From Alphaproteobacteria bacterium (GTDB lineage Bacteria > Pseudomonadota > Alphaproteobacteria > TMED109), in the NCBI GenBank assembly GCA_965215575.1, contig OZ244069.1, forward strand, positions 2,293,155 through 2,357,154: 64,000 nt of DNA, in the 5' to 3' direction. The notes below the pieces were generated by a model, which saw only the letters and a program-made list of their open reading frames with translations, ran no database searches and had not been told where the DNA came from. Positions 35,524-46,296 of the stretch are shown here, piece by piece. Position 1 is the first letter of the stretch. Each line of letters opens with the position of its first letter. Position numbers and translations under genes: made by a program.

Positions 35524-38482
35524 GCAGGCGCACCCCTTCGGGATCGTAGAACCGTGGATCGCAGATCCCGGCCCGAATTGTGCGACCGTCCAGCGAAACG
35601 TGGACATTGTCGGGCTCTCTGTCGCGGCCACCCTGGACGAGCGCCAATGCAATCGAGCGCCCCAGAGTTGCGCTCCAGTAGCTGGAGGTGACGTGGCCGA
35701 TCATGGTTTCCGGTGGCCCGGAGGGCGGTGCCGGCAGGATCTGCGCCCCTTCGGCTAGCACCACCGCTGGATCTTCCGTCCTGAGCCCGACCAGCCGCTT
35801 GCGCATCGGGTCGAGCATCGCAGGGCGCGCGAGCGATCGGCGGCCGAGGAAGTCCTTCTTGCGGCTCAGGATCCATTTCATGTCTAGATCCAGAGGTGTC
35901 ACCGTCCCATCGGTTTCCTGGCCGATCATCGGATAGCCCTTTTCCGCACGGAGCACGTGCATGGCCTCGGTTCCGAACGGCGTGACTGTGGGTTCTGAAT
36001 CTCGCTGACTCAGCGCAGTCCAGAGGCTTATGCCAAGACCTGCTGGTATGCTGATCTCATACGCGAGTTCGCCCGAATAGCTGATCCGGAACACCCGTGC
36101 CGGAAGCCCCGCTACATGACCTTCGCGCCAGGTCATGAACGGGAATGCGTCAGGCCCTACGTCGATATCGCTAGTAAGCCCTGCCAGAATTTCCCGGGCC
36201 TCGGGGCCCGCCAGCGCCACCGTCGCGAACTGTTCCGTGACCGAGGTGAGATAGACATTGAGGGCGGGCCATTCGGTCTGCAGCCAGTCCTCCAACCAGG
36301 CAAACACACGGGACGCATTGCCGGTCGTCGCCGTCATCAGGAACTTGTCTTGTGCGAGGCGTGCTGTCACCCCGTCGTCCAGGACCATGCCGTCCTCGCC
36401 CAGCATCAGGCCGTAACGGCACTGCCCCACGTCCAAGCTGTCCCACGCATTGGTGTAGACCCGGTTCAGAAACTCTGCCGCATCGGGACCGCGAATCACG
36501 ATCTTGCCGAGGGTGGTGACGTCCATGATGCCGGCCGCATTGCGCACGGCTAGGCATTCCCGCGCGACGGCGTCACGCTTGGTCTCGCCGGGTCGTGGGT
36601 AGTAGAAGGGGCGTTTCCAGAGGCCCACGTTTTCGAATACGGCTCCGGCATCCGCATGCCAGGAATCCATCGGCGTCCGGCGCACCGGATCCGCCAGGGC
36701 CCCGATATCGCGTCCCGCGATCGCGCCGAATGTGACCGGGTCGTAGGGAGGGCGGAAGGTGGTCGTACCGAGGGTGGGGATCGGGACGTCCAGCGAGTCG
36801 GCAAGGATGGCGAGCCCTGGCACGTTTCCGGTCTTCCCCTGGTCGGTGCCCATCCCGAGGGTGGTGTAGCGCTTCAGGTGCTCGACCGACTCGTAGCCTT
36901 CGCGCGCCGCCAGCCTGATGTCAGCCGCGGTGACGTCGTTCTGGAAATCAACGAAACATCTTGCCTCGCCGGCGCGGGTTCTGGCCGGAACCCGCCAGGA
37001 CGGGCAGATGGACGTCGGCTTCGGTGCTTCCGCCGCTGGACAGGACTTGCTCATGCCGGCGTTGCGTCCCTCCAGAATGCAGGTCGCCGTGTCCGCAGCG
37101 CCGTTCACGGCGCCGGCACAGCGGACATTCTGCCGCGAACGGTCGGGAAGAAAGCCGCCGCGTGCCTCGTCGTAGCGCAGTCTTCCGCCGGACTGCGAAA
37201 ACAGGTGCACGACCGGGCTCCAGCCGCCGGACATCAAGATCAGATCGCAATCCAGCGTGCGAACAGGTCCCGCCAGCGTTTCGTCCTGGCCGATACTGGC
37301 GATATGGGCGGCACGTACCCGGCGGCGTCCGCTGGTGTCCACGACGGCATGACCGTTCAGGACATTGAGCCCGGCTTCACGGGCGCTCTGGATTGCGTTT
37401 CCTTCTGCATCGTCCCGGAGATCGGCGATGGCGGCGATCTCGACACCGCGGCGATGGAGTTCCACAGCCGCACCGTAGGCACTGTCGTTGTTGGTCACGA
37501 TCACTGCACGGCGGCCGGGGCGGACCGCGAAGCGGTTGACGTAGGCCCGGGCGGCTCCGGAAAGCATCAGCCCCGGCCGGTCATTGTTGGCGAACACCAA
37601 CGGGCGCTCCTGGGCTCCCGTCGCCAACACGACCCGACCGGCACGGATGCGCCACAGCCGTTGGCGAGGAAGGTGGGGGGGCGCGCCGGGACCGAGATGG
37701 TCCGCGACCTGTTCCAGGGCAGTCAGGAAATTGTGATCGAAATACCCGGCTACCGTGGTCCGCGTCAGAACCCGCACGTTCTCCATCGATTGCAGTTCGG
37801 CCGCCACTTCGCCGACCCAGCCGGCGCCGGGTAGTCCTTCCTTGCCGGCCATGTCTAGGAGCGTGCCACCAAGCTGGCTGCGTTCCTCGGCAAGCATGAC
37901 CCTTGCGCCGCTCCGTCCCGCGGCTTGCGCCGCAGCCAGTCCGGCGGGTCCGGCTCCGATCACCAGGACATCACAATGCGCGTTCATGCGTTCGTACCGG
38001 TCCGGGTCCGAACCCTCGGGCGCGCGCCCCAGCCCCGCCATCTGACGGATCAGCCGCTCATAGAAATGCCAGCTGCCATGCGGCCACATGAAGGTCTTGT
38101 AGTAGAAACCCGCCGGGACCAGACGGTGGGCGATGTCGATGACGGCACCGGCATCGAATCGCACGCCGGGCCAGCAATTGACACTGGCCGCGGACAGATC
38201 CTCATAAAGCTCGACCCGGGTGGCCTTGAGATTGGGGACGCTGCGGTTCCCGGACTCCAGCTGCACGAGCGCGCTCGGCTCCTCCGTGCCGGCAGAGAGG
38301 ATGCCGCGTGGTCGGTGGTACTTGAAGCTGCGGCCAACCAGATGCACGCCGTTTGCGAGTAGGGCCGAAGCCAGCGTATCGCCCGCGAATCCCGTCAGTT
38401 GCTTGCCATTGAAGGAGAAGGCAATCGGCCGGGTCCGGTCGATTGCGCCGCCGTCGGACAGGCGATGCGGCTGGACCGTCAC
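35516..38482 (-). CDS. soxA: Sarcosine oxidase subunit alpha
   Basis: 988 aa. The N-terminus is RLSDGGAIDRTRPIAFSFNGKQLTGFAGDTLASALLANGV, followed by NAD/FAD folds and a C-terminal GcvT-like domain. The GTG start forms a GTGA overlap with the soxD stop. The track start at 38749 is over-extended. Confidence 0.9.
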   Translation of the reverse strand: MTVQPHRLSDGGAIDRTRPIAFSFNGKQLTGFAGDTLASALLANGVHLVGRSFKYHRPRGILSAGTEEPSALVQLESGNRSVPNLKATRVELYEDLSAASVNCWPGVRFDAGAVIDIAHRLVPAGFYYKTFMWPHGSWHFYERLIRQMAGLGRAPEGSDPDRYERMNAHCDVLVIGAGPAGLAAAQAAGRSGARVMLAEERSQLGGTLLDMAGKEGLPGAGWVGEVAAELQSMENVRVLTRTTVAGYFDHNFLTALEQVADHLGPGAPPHLPRQRLWRIRAGRVVLATGAQERPLVFANNDRPGLMLSGAARAYVNRFAVRPGRRAVIVTNNDSAYGAAVELHRRGVEIAAIADLRDDAEGNAIQSAREAGLNVLNGHAVVDTSGRRRVRAAHIASIGQDETLAGPVRTLDCDLILMSGGWSPVVHLFSQSGGRLRYDEARGGFLPDRSRQNVRCAGAVNGAADTATCILEGRNAGMSKSCPAAEAPKPTSICPSWRVPARTRAGEARCFVDFQNDVTAADIRLAAREGYESVEHLKRYTTLGMGTDQGKTGNVPGLAILADSLDVPIPTLGTTTFRPPYDPVTFGAIAGRDIGALADPVRRTPMDSWHADAGAVFENVGLWKRPFYYPRPGETKRDAVARECLAVRNAAGIMDVTTLGKIVIRGPDAAEFLNRVYTNAWDSLDVGQCRYGLMLGEDGMVLDDGVTARLAQDKFLMTATTGNASRVFAWLEDWLQTEWPALNVYLTSVTEQFATVALAGPEAREILAGLTSDIDVGPDAFPFMTWREGHVAGLPARVFRISYSGELAYEISIPAGLGISLWTALSQRDSEPTVTPFGTEAMHVLRAEKGYPMIGQETDGTVTPLDLDMKWILSRKKDFLGRRSLARPAMLDPMRKRLVGLRTEDPAVVLAEGAQILPAPPSGPPETMIGHVTSSYWSATLGRSIALALVQGGRDREPDNVHVSLDGRTIRAGICDPRFYDPEGVRLHG

Positions 38483-38772
38483 GACCCGTCCTGACCGCTG
38501 TCCCGAGGAGGACGCTTGCCCATCGGATAGACCGAAATGATGTCGTGGGTCACGGTGTGGCGCTCCACATTGAACCAACGGCCACAGCCACGGGTGTGGC
38601 ACCAACGCTCGCAATGATGGCCCTTCGAATTCGTCCGCATGAAGAGGTAGTCGGCCCATTCCACGTCGTCGAGCGCGTCGGGATCGGGCGGACGCTGGAT
38701 ATGCGCCTCGCCACCGCAGGTGAACTCGCTTTCGTCGCGTGGGCCGCACCAGGGGCAGGGGATCAGAAGCAC
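38479..38772 (-). CDS. soxD: Sarcosine oxidase subunit delta
   Basis: (M)LLIPCPWCGPRDESEF...CERWCHTRGCGRWF zinc-ribbon pattern. GTG 38772 lies 5 nt after GAGGA. Confidence 0.85.
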   Translation of the reverse strand: MLLIPCPWCGPRDESEFTCGGEAHIQRPPDPDALDDVEWADYLFMRTNSKGHHCERWCHTRGCGRWFNVERHTVTHDIISVYPMGKRPPRDSGQDGS

Positions 38773-38779
38773 GACATCC

Positions 38780-40030
38780 TCAATGCGCAACCGCAGCGGC
38801 GCCATGCTCATCGATCAGCACGCCGGTGTTGAAACGCTCTAATGCGAACGGAGCATTCAGTTCGTGCGGCCTGTCCTGGGCGATGGTATGGGCAAACACC
38901 CAGCCCGACCCCGGCGTCGCCTTGAAACCGCCCGTGCCCCAGCCGCAATTGATGTAGAGACCGTCAACGGGCGCCTTGCCGACAATGGGGCTCGCGTCCG
39001 GGCAGACATCGACGATACCGCCCCACTGGCGCAGCATCCGGAGCCGCGAGAAGATCGGAAACAGTTCCAGCAGGGCTCCCATCTGACTCTCGACGATGTG
39101 GAAGCTGCCGCGTTGCGAATACGAGTTGTAGCCGTCGATTCCTGCGCCAATGACAAGCTCGCCCTTGTCGGACTGGCTGACATAGACATGGACCGTGTTC
39201 GACATCACGACACTGTTGAGGACCGGTTTGATCGGTTCGGACACCATGGCTTGCAGCGCGTGGCTTTCAATGGGCAGCCTCAGGCCCGCCATGGCGGCGA
39301 GGACGCTCGAATGTCCCGCGGCAACGATGCCCACCTTTCTTGCGGCAATCGCGCCGCGCGACGTCTGGAGACCCCTGACGCGGCCGTTCGCAATATCGAT
39401 CCCGGTCACCTCGCAGTTCTGGATGATGTCCACGCCGCGTGCATCGGCTGCGCGTGCAAATCCCCAGGCGACCGCGTCATGGCGTGCCACCCCTCCGCGT
39501 CTCTGCAGGGATGCCCCCAAAATGGGGTGTCGCACCTGCTGCGAGGTGTTGATGATGGGGACTTCCGCCTTCACTCCATCTGGATCCAGAATCTCCGAGT
39601 CGATTCCGTTGAGGCGAATGGCCCGCACGCGCCGGGACATTTCCTTGAGGTCATGCTCGTTGTGGGCAAGGTTCAAGACGCCCCGCTGGCTCAGCATGAT
39701 GTTGAAGTTCAACTCGCGGCTGAGGCCTTCGTAGAGCTTCAGGGCCTTTTCGTAGAGATGCGCACTCTCGTCCCACAGGTAGTTGGAGCGGATGATGGTG
39801 GTATTGCGCCCCGTATTGCCGCCACCCAGCCAGCCCTTCTCTAGAACCGCAACGCTGCCGACGTCATGCTCCTTCGCCAGATAGTAGGCAGTCGCCAGCC
39901 CGTGGCCGCCGCCGCCGACGATCACAACGTCATAGGACGGGCCCGGATCGGGGCTGCGCCAGACGCGCGGCCAGTTGCGGTGATAACCGAGCGCGTTGCG
40001 GGCAAGGCTGAAGATCGAGTAGCGGGTCAT
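38780..40030 (-). CDS. soxB: Sarcosine oxidase subunit beta
   Basis: [23 protein letters not shown] and the usual length of 416 aa. Confidence 0.95.
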   Translation of the reverse strand: MTRYSIFSLARNALGYHRNWPRVWRSPDPGPSYDVVIVGGGGHGLATAYYLAKEHDVGSVAVLEKGWLGGGNTGRNTTIIRSNYLWDESAHLYEKALKLYEGLSRELNFNIMLSQRGVLNLAHNEHDLKEMSRRVRAIRLNGIDSEILDPDGVKAEVPIINTSQQVRHPILGASLQRRGGVARHDAVAWGFARAADARGVDIIQNCEVTGIDIANGRVRGLQTSRGAIAARKVGIVAAGHSSVLAAMAGLRLPIESHALQAMVSEPIKPVLNSVVMSNTVHVYVSQSDKGELVIGAGIDGYNSYSQRGSFHIVESQMGALLELFPIFSRLRMLRQWGGIVDVCPDASPIVGKAPVDGLYINCGWGTGGFKATPGSGWVFAHTIAQDRPHELNAPFALERFNTGVLIDEHGAAAVAH

Positions 40031-40193
40031 GACCGCTTTCCCCTTGCAACCTCGATAGCGTCAACGACGGAGGACGATCCGATGATGCGGCAGCACAATA
40101 CCGAATGCCTGCGGTCTGGAATCGTGTCCGCCCGTCCGTTCGGGGGAGACGTACGCCGGCCGATGCGCCGTTCACGCGGTCGGGAGAAGCCCA

Positions 40194-41498
40194 TCAATAG
40201 GCCGTATCTCGCCCCTGCGCCTTCGCGATTTCCCGTGCATTCGGGTTGACCGAGGGGCGGAACGGCATTTCTACGATTGTACCGTCAACCGGCTGCCCCG
40301 GGCTGGCCTGGTATTCGTCGGGAAGCCAGACTTTTACGTCGGTTCCCAGCGCCGACATGGCGCAAGGGACGTAACCCATTGCGATGTTGGCTTCCAGTTC
40401 GGGCGAGTACCAAGGCGATGTGACATAGCCGACGGGACTGCCTCCATCGCCACCCGAGATCAGCCAGAAATCCGGCGCGTAGTCGTCAATCGGTTTTCCC
40501 CCGAAAACCAATCCGACCAGAGTCAACCGGAAGGGCGGATTGCCTGACTCGAGGAGGGCACGGACCTCCTCCAGCCGGGCTTTGCCGACGTACTCGGCTG
40601 TCTTGGAGCGCGGCACCTGGTATCCCAGATTGCATTGGAACGGCAGGGTCTCGGCATCCATGTCCTGGCCCCAGGACAGGATTCCCGCCGCGATCCGGCG
40701 GTGGTGAGCCGGCGCGATCACCATCAGATTGTGTGCCCTGCCGGCTTCCAGGATCGCATCCCACAATTTTTCGGCGTGCAGTGTCGCGTCGCGCAAATAG
40801 ACTTCGTAGCCCTTTTCTCCGCTGAACCCGGTCTGGGAAATGATCGCGTCACACCCGGCCACACGGGCCTCCTTGAGACCGTAAGGCGGCAATGCGCGAA
40901 CTTCCCCGCCCACCAGATCGGCCATCAGATCTGCTGACTTGGGTCCCTGGATCTGCAATGGGCAAACATCGATTTCGTCAATCTCGACGTCGGCATTCCT
41001 CCCCACGTTGACGCCCTGCAGCCAGAACATGATGTCGGAGTCCGACAGGCTGAACCAAAATTCGTTCTCCGACAAACGCAGCAGCACCGGGTCGTTGAGA
41101 ATTCCTCCCTTTTCATTGCACAGGATCACGTACTTGCCGTTCATCGGCTGAATGCGCGTCGCATCCCTTGTGATCACATAGTTGACGAAAGCTTCCGCAT
41201 CGGGGCCGGCGACCCGAATCTGGCGTTCCACGGCGACATTCCACAGTGTCACGTGGTTGACCAGGGCCTCGTATTCGGCCATTGCGCCGCCGTCTTCTGG
41301 CCTGACGTACCCGCGCGGATGATAGATCCGGTTATAGACGGTGGCCCGCCAGCAACCCGCCTGGTGCGACAGGTGCCAGTAGGGCGACTTGCGCACTCGA
41401 GTCGAAATCAGCAACTCCGTCGGCGTAGAACCGGACTGCCGTAGATTGATCGGTACCCTGCGATCGGATTGATCGACCGAGTCCTGATAGTTCACCAT
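40194..41498 (-). CDS. Aminomethyltransferase (GcvT) family protein, DmdA-like THF-dependent demethylase candidate
   Basis: AAGGAAGGG RBS. The N-terminus STRVRKSPYWHLSHQAGCWRATVYNRIYHP resembles the DmdA-type R-R-T-P-F...YTVYNHM pattern, followed by a GcvT fold. Confidence 0.75.
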   Translation of the reverse strand: MVNYQDSVDQSDRRVPINLRQSGSTPTELLISTRVRKSPYWHLSHQAGCWRATVYNRIYHPRGYVRPEDGGAMAEYEALVNHVTLWNVAVERQIRVAGPDAEAFVNYVITRDATRIQPMNGKYVILCNEKGGILNDPVLLRLSENEFWFSLSDSDIMFWLQGVNVGRNADVEIDEIDVCPLQIQGPKSADLMADLVGGEVRALPPYGLKEARVAGCDAIISQTGFSGEKGYEVYLRDATLHAEKLWDAILEAGRAHNLMVIAPAHHRRIAAGILSWGQDMDAETLPFQCNLGYQVPRSKTAEYVGKARLEEVRALLESGNPPFRLTLVGLVFGGKPIDDYAPDFWLISGGDGGSPVGYVTSPWYSPELEANIAMGYVPCAMSALGTDVKVWLPDEYQASPGQPVDGTIVEMPFRPSVNPNAREIAKAQGRDTAY

Positions 41499-41602
41499 GA
41501 TCGGTGCCCTTCCTTGCGACGTGTCACGACACCTGGCGCCCGGGCCTACGGAGCCGCTGAACGGAGCCGAAAACCAGGACCCGAACGTCAGCGGGCCAAC
41601 CT

Positions 41603-41619
41603 GCAAATGCTACATTTGC
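41603..41619. promoter_or_regulatory. Palindrome GCAAATG-CTA-CATTTGC in divergent promoter region (plus GCAATTGC at 41632-41639)
   Basis: Read directly. It lies in the AT-richer part of the 433-nt gap between the GcvT-family gene and the dimethylglycine dehydrogenase. Confidence 0.3.
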
Positions 41620-41931
41620 TGTAGAGAATCGTGCAATTGCAATCGCCCGGATATGCGGGTCCGGCGTCGAAGGAGAAGGTTCATGGCAGACCGTCGACGT
41701 GATTCGAATGCCCTGACGGATCGTGCTGATCCATCTGAAGTCCGATCGACAGGGACCGAAACGGGTGGTTCGCCCGGCGAGACCTGCACGGGGACTTCCC
41801 CCGCTCGGTCGCCATGCGCGACTTATTCCTGAGGGCCTACCGGGTGTCGCAGCTCGGGTCGTCGGAGGATGCTTGCGCCGCAACTTCTGTAGAAATGTAG
41901 CTCGGGACCTGCGGCATGGCGGAGGGGAACC

Positions 41932-44367
41932 TTGAAGACACATGCAAGGGTGGTGGTGATCGGCGGCGGGGTCGTTGGCGTCTCAACCCTGTATCACCTG
42001 ACCAAGAAGGGTTGGTCGGAGGTAGTTCTGTGCGAGCGTACGGAGTTGACCGCCGGCTCAACGTGGCACGCCGCCGGCTTGTTGCCCCTGTTCAACATGA
42101 GCTACAGCGTCGGTCAGCTGCACAAGTATTCGATTGACCTTTACAAGACCTTGCCCACGGAGACCAGCCAGGACGTCAGCTTCCATGTGACCGGCAACCT
42201 GCGGCTAGCGACCAGCGAGCAGCGGATGGACGAGTACCGCAATTACTGCGGTACCGCCAACACGATCGGCGTCCCGTTCGAGATCATCACGCCAGACGAG
42301 ATCGCGTCGCTATGGCCCTTGTGCAACACCGAAGGCTTGGTCGGCGCGCTTTATCACCCGCATGACGGCCATATCGCGCCAGCGGACGTCACCCAGGCCT
42401 TGGCGATCGGCGCCCGCAACAATGGAGCCGAGATCTACCAGAACACCCCTGTCACCGCGCTCGAGCGGAGACCCAACGGCGAATGGCTGGTCAGGACAAC
42501 TAACGGCGACATCGCCTGCGAGCACGTGGTCTGTGCCAGCGGAAACTACAGCTGGCACACCAGCCAGATGCTGGGGATCTACATTCCGTCGATGCCGGTG
42601 GAACACCAGTACATCGTCACGGACGAGGTGCCGGAACTGGTGGAACGCCACCGGCAAGGGCTGCCGGAAATGGCGGTCTTGCGCGAACCCGACGCTTCCT
42701 ACTACCTGCGTGAAGAGCGCCAGGGTTACATTCTGGGTCCCTACGAGCGGGGTGCGCCGGCCCGCTTCGGGGATGGTGTTCCGGACGGTTTCGAGCGTGA
42801 TCTGTTTCCAGGTGACCTGGATCGCTTGCTGCCGCATGTGGAGGCGGCGATCAACCGTGTGCCGAGTTTTGAGCGTGCCGGCATCAAGGACATCGTCAAT
42901 GGTCCGATCGCCTACACGCCCGATGGCAGCCCCCTGGTCGGGCCGGCTTGGGACTTACGCAACATTTGGCTGAACGAGGGCCACAGCTTCGGCATCACGG
43001 CGGCTGGCGGGGCCGGCTGGCAACTCGCGGAATGGATTGTCGAGGGTCAACCTTCCATTGACATGATGGATGTCGATCCGCGCCGGTTTGGGAGCTATGC
43101 GAACAGACCGTATGTGAAGGCCAAGAATGAAGAAGCCTACGAGCACGTCTTCATCATTCACTATCCGGACGAGGAACGACCCGCTGCCCGTCCGGCCAAG
43201 ACCAGCCCGATTCACGACCTGCTCGACGGCATGGGTGCGGTCTGGGGCCAGCGCTACGGTTGGGAGCGGCCCAACTGGTTTGCGTCGGCCGGCGTTGCGC
43301 GTTCGGATGCCTGGAGTTTCCGGCGGACCAACTATTTTCCGCATGTGGCGAGCGAACACCGCAACATTCGCGAAAACGTCGGGCTCATCGACATCACGAG
43401 TTTCTCCAAATTCCGGGTTTCGGGACCGGGTGCGGAGGTTTGGCTCGACCGTCTGGTCTGCCGCAGACTGCCGCGGGCCACCGGCCGCATCCATCTGTCC
43501 CACGCACTGACCCACCGAGGTGGCGTCCGTTCGGAATTCACGATCATGCGGGACGGCGCAGACGCCTTCTATCTGGTCAGTTCTGGTGCTGCAGAGCGTT
43601 TCGATGGGGACTACCTGACCAAGAATCTGCCTGCCGACAACAGTGTCCGGCTTGACAACCTCACGACCTCCCACGCGACCCTTGTGGTGGCCGGCCCTAA
43701 CTCTCGGGCCGTGTTGTCGAAGATCACAGAGGCCGATCTCGACAATAGCTCCTTCAAGTGGTTGACCGGACAGCACACGCATGTGGGGTTCGCGCCGGTC
43801 CGCCTGATGCGCATCAATTTCGTCGGTGAGCTTGGCTGGGAAATTCACCACCCGGTGGAATACCAGCGACACATCTTCTTGGAACTATTGCGCGCAGGCG
43901 CTGAATTCGATATCGGCCAATGTGGAATGCGCGCGATGGATTCGCTGCGTATCGAAAAATCCTATCGCATGTGGGCGCAGGACCTCACTCGCGATTACAC
44001 GATTCTGGAAGCCGGACTGGGCCAGTTTGCTGCCATCGATAAGGGGGATTTCATTGGCCGCGACGCCCTGATTCGCCAGCGAGCTGAGGGTGTTCCCCAG
44101 CAATTTGTCACCATCCACGTGCACGATATCGACGACGCCGATGCCATTGGCAATGAACCGCTATGGCGGGGCGAGCGCCTTGTCGGGCGCGCGACGGCCG
44201 GCGCCTATGGTCATTTCACGGACAAGTCTCTGGCATTGGGCTACGTAGACAGTGGGCATGAAACCGTCGGAACCGAACTGGAAATCGAAATCCTAGGAAC
44301 GCGATATCCGGCTCGAGTGATACCTGAATCCCCACATGATCCTGACAACGAGCGATTGCGATCGTGA
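41932..44367 (+). CDS. Dimethylglycine dehydrogenase/oxidase (FAD domain fused to GcvT-like domain)
   Basis: TTG start 6 nt after GGAGG. Contains VVVIGGGVVGVSTLYHL and STWHAAGL (covalent-FAD His region), with a C-terminal aminomethyltransferase fold. 811 aa. Confidence 0.9.
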   Translation: MKTHARVVVIGGGVVGVSTLYHLTKKGWSEVVLCERTELTAGSTWHAAGLLPLFNMSYSVGQLHKYSIDLYKTLPTETSQDVSFHVTGNLRLATSEQRMDEYRNYCGTANTIGVPFEIITPDEIASLWPLCNTEGLVGALYHPHDGHIAPADVTQALAIGARNNGAEIYQNTPVTALERRPNGEWLVRTTNGDIACEHVVCASGNYSWHTSQMLGIYIPSMPVEHQYIVTDEVPELVERHRQGLPEMAVLREPDASYYLREERQGYILGPYERGAPARFGDGVPDGFERDLFPGDLDRLLPHVEAAINRVPSFERAGIKDIVNGPIAYTPDGSPLVGPAWDLRNIWLNEGHSFGITAAGGAGWQLAEWIVEGQPSIDMMDVDPRRFGSYANRPYVKAKNEEAYEHVFIIHYPDEERPAARPAKTSPIHDLLDGMGAVWGQRYGWERPNWFASAGVARSDAWSFRRTNYFPHVASEHRNIRENVGLIDITSFSKFRVSGPGAEVWLDRLVCRRLPRATGRIHLSHALTHRGGVRSEFTIMRDGADAFYLVSSGAAERFDGDYLTKNLPADNSVRLDNLTTSHATLVVAGPNSRAVLSKITEADLDNSSFKWLTGQHTHVGFAPVRLMRINFVGELGWEIHHPVEYQRHIFLELLRAGAEFDIGQCGMRAMDSLRIEKSYRMWAQDLTRDYTILEAGLGQFAAIDKGDFIGRDALIRQRAEGVPQQFVTIHVHDIDDADAIGNEPLWRGERLVGRATAGAYGHFTDKSLALGYVDSGHETVGTELEIEILGTRYPARVIPESPHDPDNERLRS

Positions 44368-44844
44368 GGGGGGCGAACCAGCAGGCGGCCTGAACCACGC
44401 GATCGGGCCTGGTCGGTCAGGTGGCACTGTTCTCCCTAGGTCGTCGGTCGCGAGGGAGCGCCGGCTCCGGCTTCCAATTGTGACTCCTCCCACCCTTGGG
44501 AGCATATCGGCAGGTGGGTTCGAACTCCTGTCGTGCCGCGCCAACGGCGAGGTCAGCCATCCTGCCATCAACCGCCCATGCAAGGCCTCCAGGCTGCGCA
44601 CTGTTGCGACCGACACCAAGGCGCCTGCGACGCGTCTCCAGCTGAGCTTCGCCTTTTGCGGAGTGCCTGCCGGTCCTCCGGCATCTGAACGGACAGCCAG
44701 GCGATTGCACACGGCAGCCTGCCAGTACGCCCAGAACGGGCACACGGTGATCGTCTGGCAACGACTGAGGCTTTTCCGCCGGCGAACCTGACGTCACGGG
44801 GCTTGACCGGACTCTCGAGTTGCTCGTCGCGGGCGGGAGCTGGT

Positions 44845-45694
44845 TCAAAGATCGCGCAAGAAGCTGTCCAGGGCAGCGATGCACTCGGGCTCGGTCAGGG
44901 TCGGGGCATGACCCGTCCTAGGCACGGTCACGAGGCGGGCATCGGGGTGCTCTTGGCCCAATCGTGCGAAGCATTCATCGGGAAATAAATCCGAAAACTC
45001 GCCGCGAAAGGCGAGCAGCGGGATCGGACGAAGTCCCCGGAAATAGGGCCAAAGGTCGGGGAGCCCGCCTGAAGTTCCGATGATCGGCTTGACGATATTC
45101 ACATCCCAGTCGAAGTACAGTAACCCGTCCTCCCCTTGGCGATAGGTATTGCGGACCATCGCTTGGAACATCGCTTCGGTCTGAAATACGGCGCTGGGTG
45201 TCTGCGTCCTGATTGCCTCTGCCGCCGCCTTCCAATCGGGCTGTGGTCGGTCGACGCTGATATAGGCCAGCACTTGACTTAGCTTTTTTGGGATCGGTCT
45301 CCGGACCTGCGTCGTTGAGCACCACGCCCGCGAGTGAGAACGGCATAAACGCCCCGAGCGCCATCGCCAGCAAGCCGCCGAACGAGGTTCCGATCACAAC
45401 AAACCGATGGATATTCGCGAGGCGAAGCAAACCAGAGATGTCGTTGAGAGGGGTTCCCGGACGGTAGTTGCCCCGGTCCGGGTCGTAGTCCGACCGTCCG
45501 TCGCCACGGAGGTCCGGGCACAGAACCTGCCGCTCCCCTGCGAGTCTGTGTGCGAGGGGCTCGAAGTCGCGGCCGTTTCGGAAGAGTCCACTAAGACAGA
45601 GCACGGGCGTTGCGGCCAAGCTCGGATCGCCGCAATCCCGGAAATAGAGGCCGAGGCCATCCTCGCTGATGAATCGGTGCTCGCGATATGCCAT
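44845..45694 (-). pseudogene. Alpha/beta hydrolase, split by a 1-nt frameshift in an A6/T6 run
   Basis: The N-terminal half (ORF 44975-45955, from ATG 45694) has the nucleophile elbow GTSFGG. The C-terminal half (44845-45273) ends in GHAPTLTEP. Removing one T from T6 at 45284-45289 joins ...PETDPKK to LSQVLAYISVD in frame. Confidence 0.7.
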
Positions 45695-46296
45695 CAGTAC
45701 TCCGGTCAGACATCGGCGGGGGGGCAGGTCTTTGACCACATGCCGGAAATCAACGAACTTGCCATCGGCTTTGCCCCCGAAGGGATGCGAGCAAGGCGCG
45801 TAGCAGCTTGTCCAGCATATCCGTAGGCGGATCGCCGCAGCAGGCCACGGCCAGCGTTTTCCTGCCGAGCGGCGCGGGTGAAGAAGAGCCCACGCTGGCA
45901 ACCGTGTTTGGCGGCACAGCACGCACACCCGGCATTTGCGCGGATTTCCTGGCACGAGGCGACGCGCATCACTTGGGCAATCGTGCCGACTAGAACGCTG
46001 TGACTAGAGCTGGGGTCGAACCGACACCCTCCGTTCCGGCCGCCGTCGTTCCTCAGTTTTCAGGGGGCTTCCGGCCGCGCTCGTTAACTACCTGGATCTA
46101 CGCTCGCCGCAATCGTCGCCGGGAGCCTGCCTGCGCGGCCCCGCTCCGAAGGCAAGCGCGGCCGCTGGAGTGGACGCTCGACAACGACCGGATGACGATC
46201 GACATCTGAACGGCGCGCGTTGCCACCAACTGACACCCTTCTGATGGCTCCATCACCACCACGGTCGTCATGCCGCCGGGTCTGCCCTAACTAGTA

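Noticed and set aside
44505-44545. GGTTCGAACTCC T-loop-like string suggesting a tRNA
   Set aside because: No 5-bp T-stem can be formed on either strand, and no acceptor or anticodon arms are present.
46005-46040. GGGGTCGAACCGACACC, reminiscent of a tRNA 3' end on the minus strand
   Set aside because: Only a 4-bp GTCG/CGAC mini-hairpin forms, and there is no cloverleaf context.
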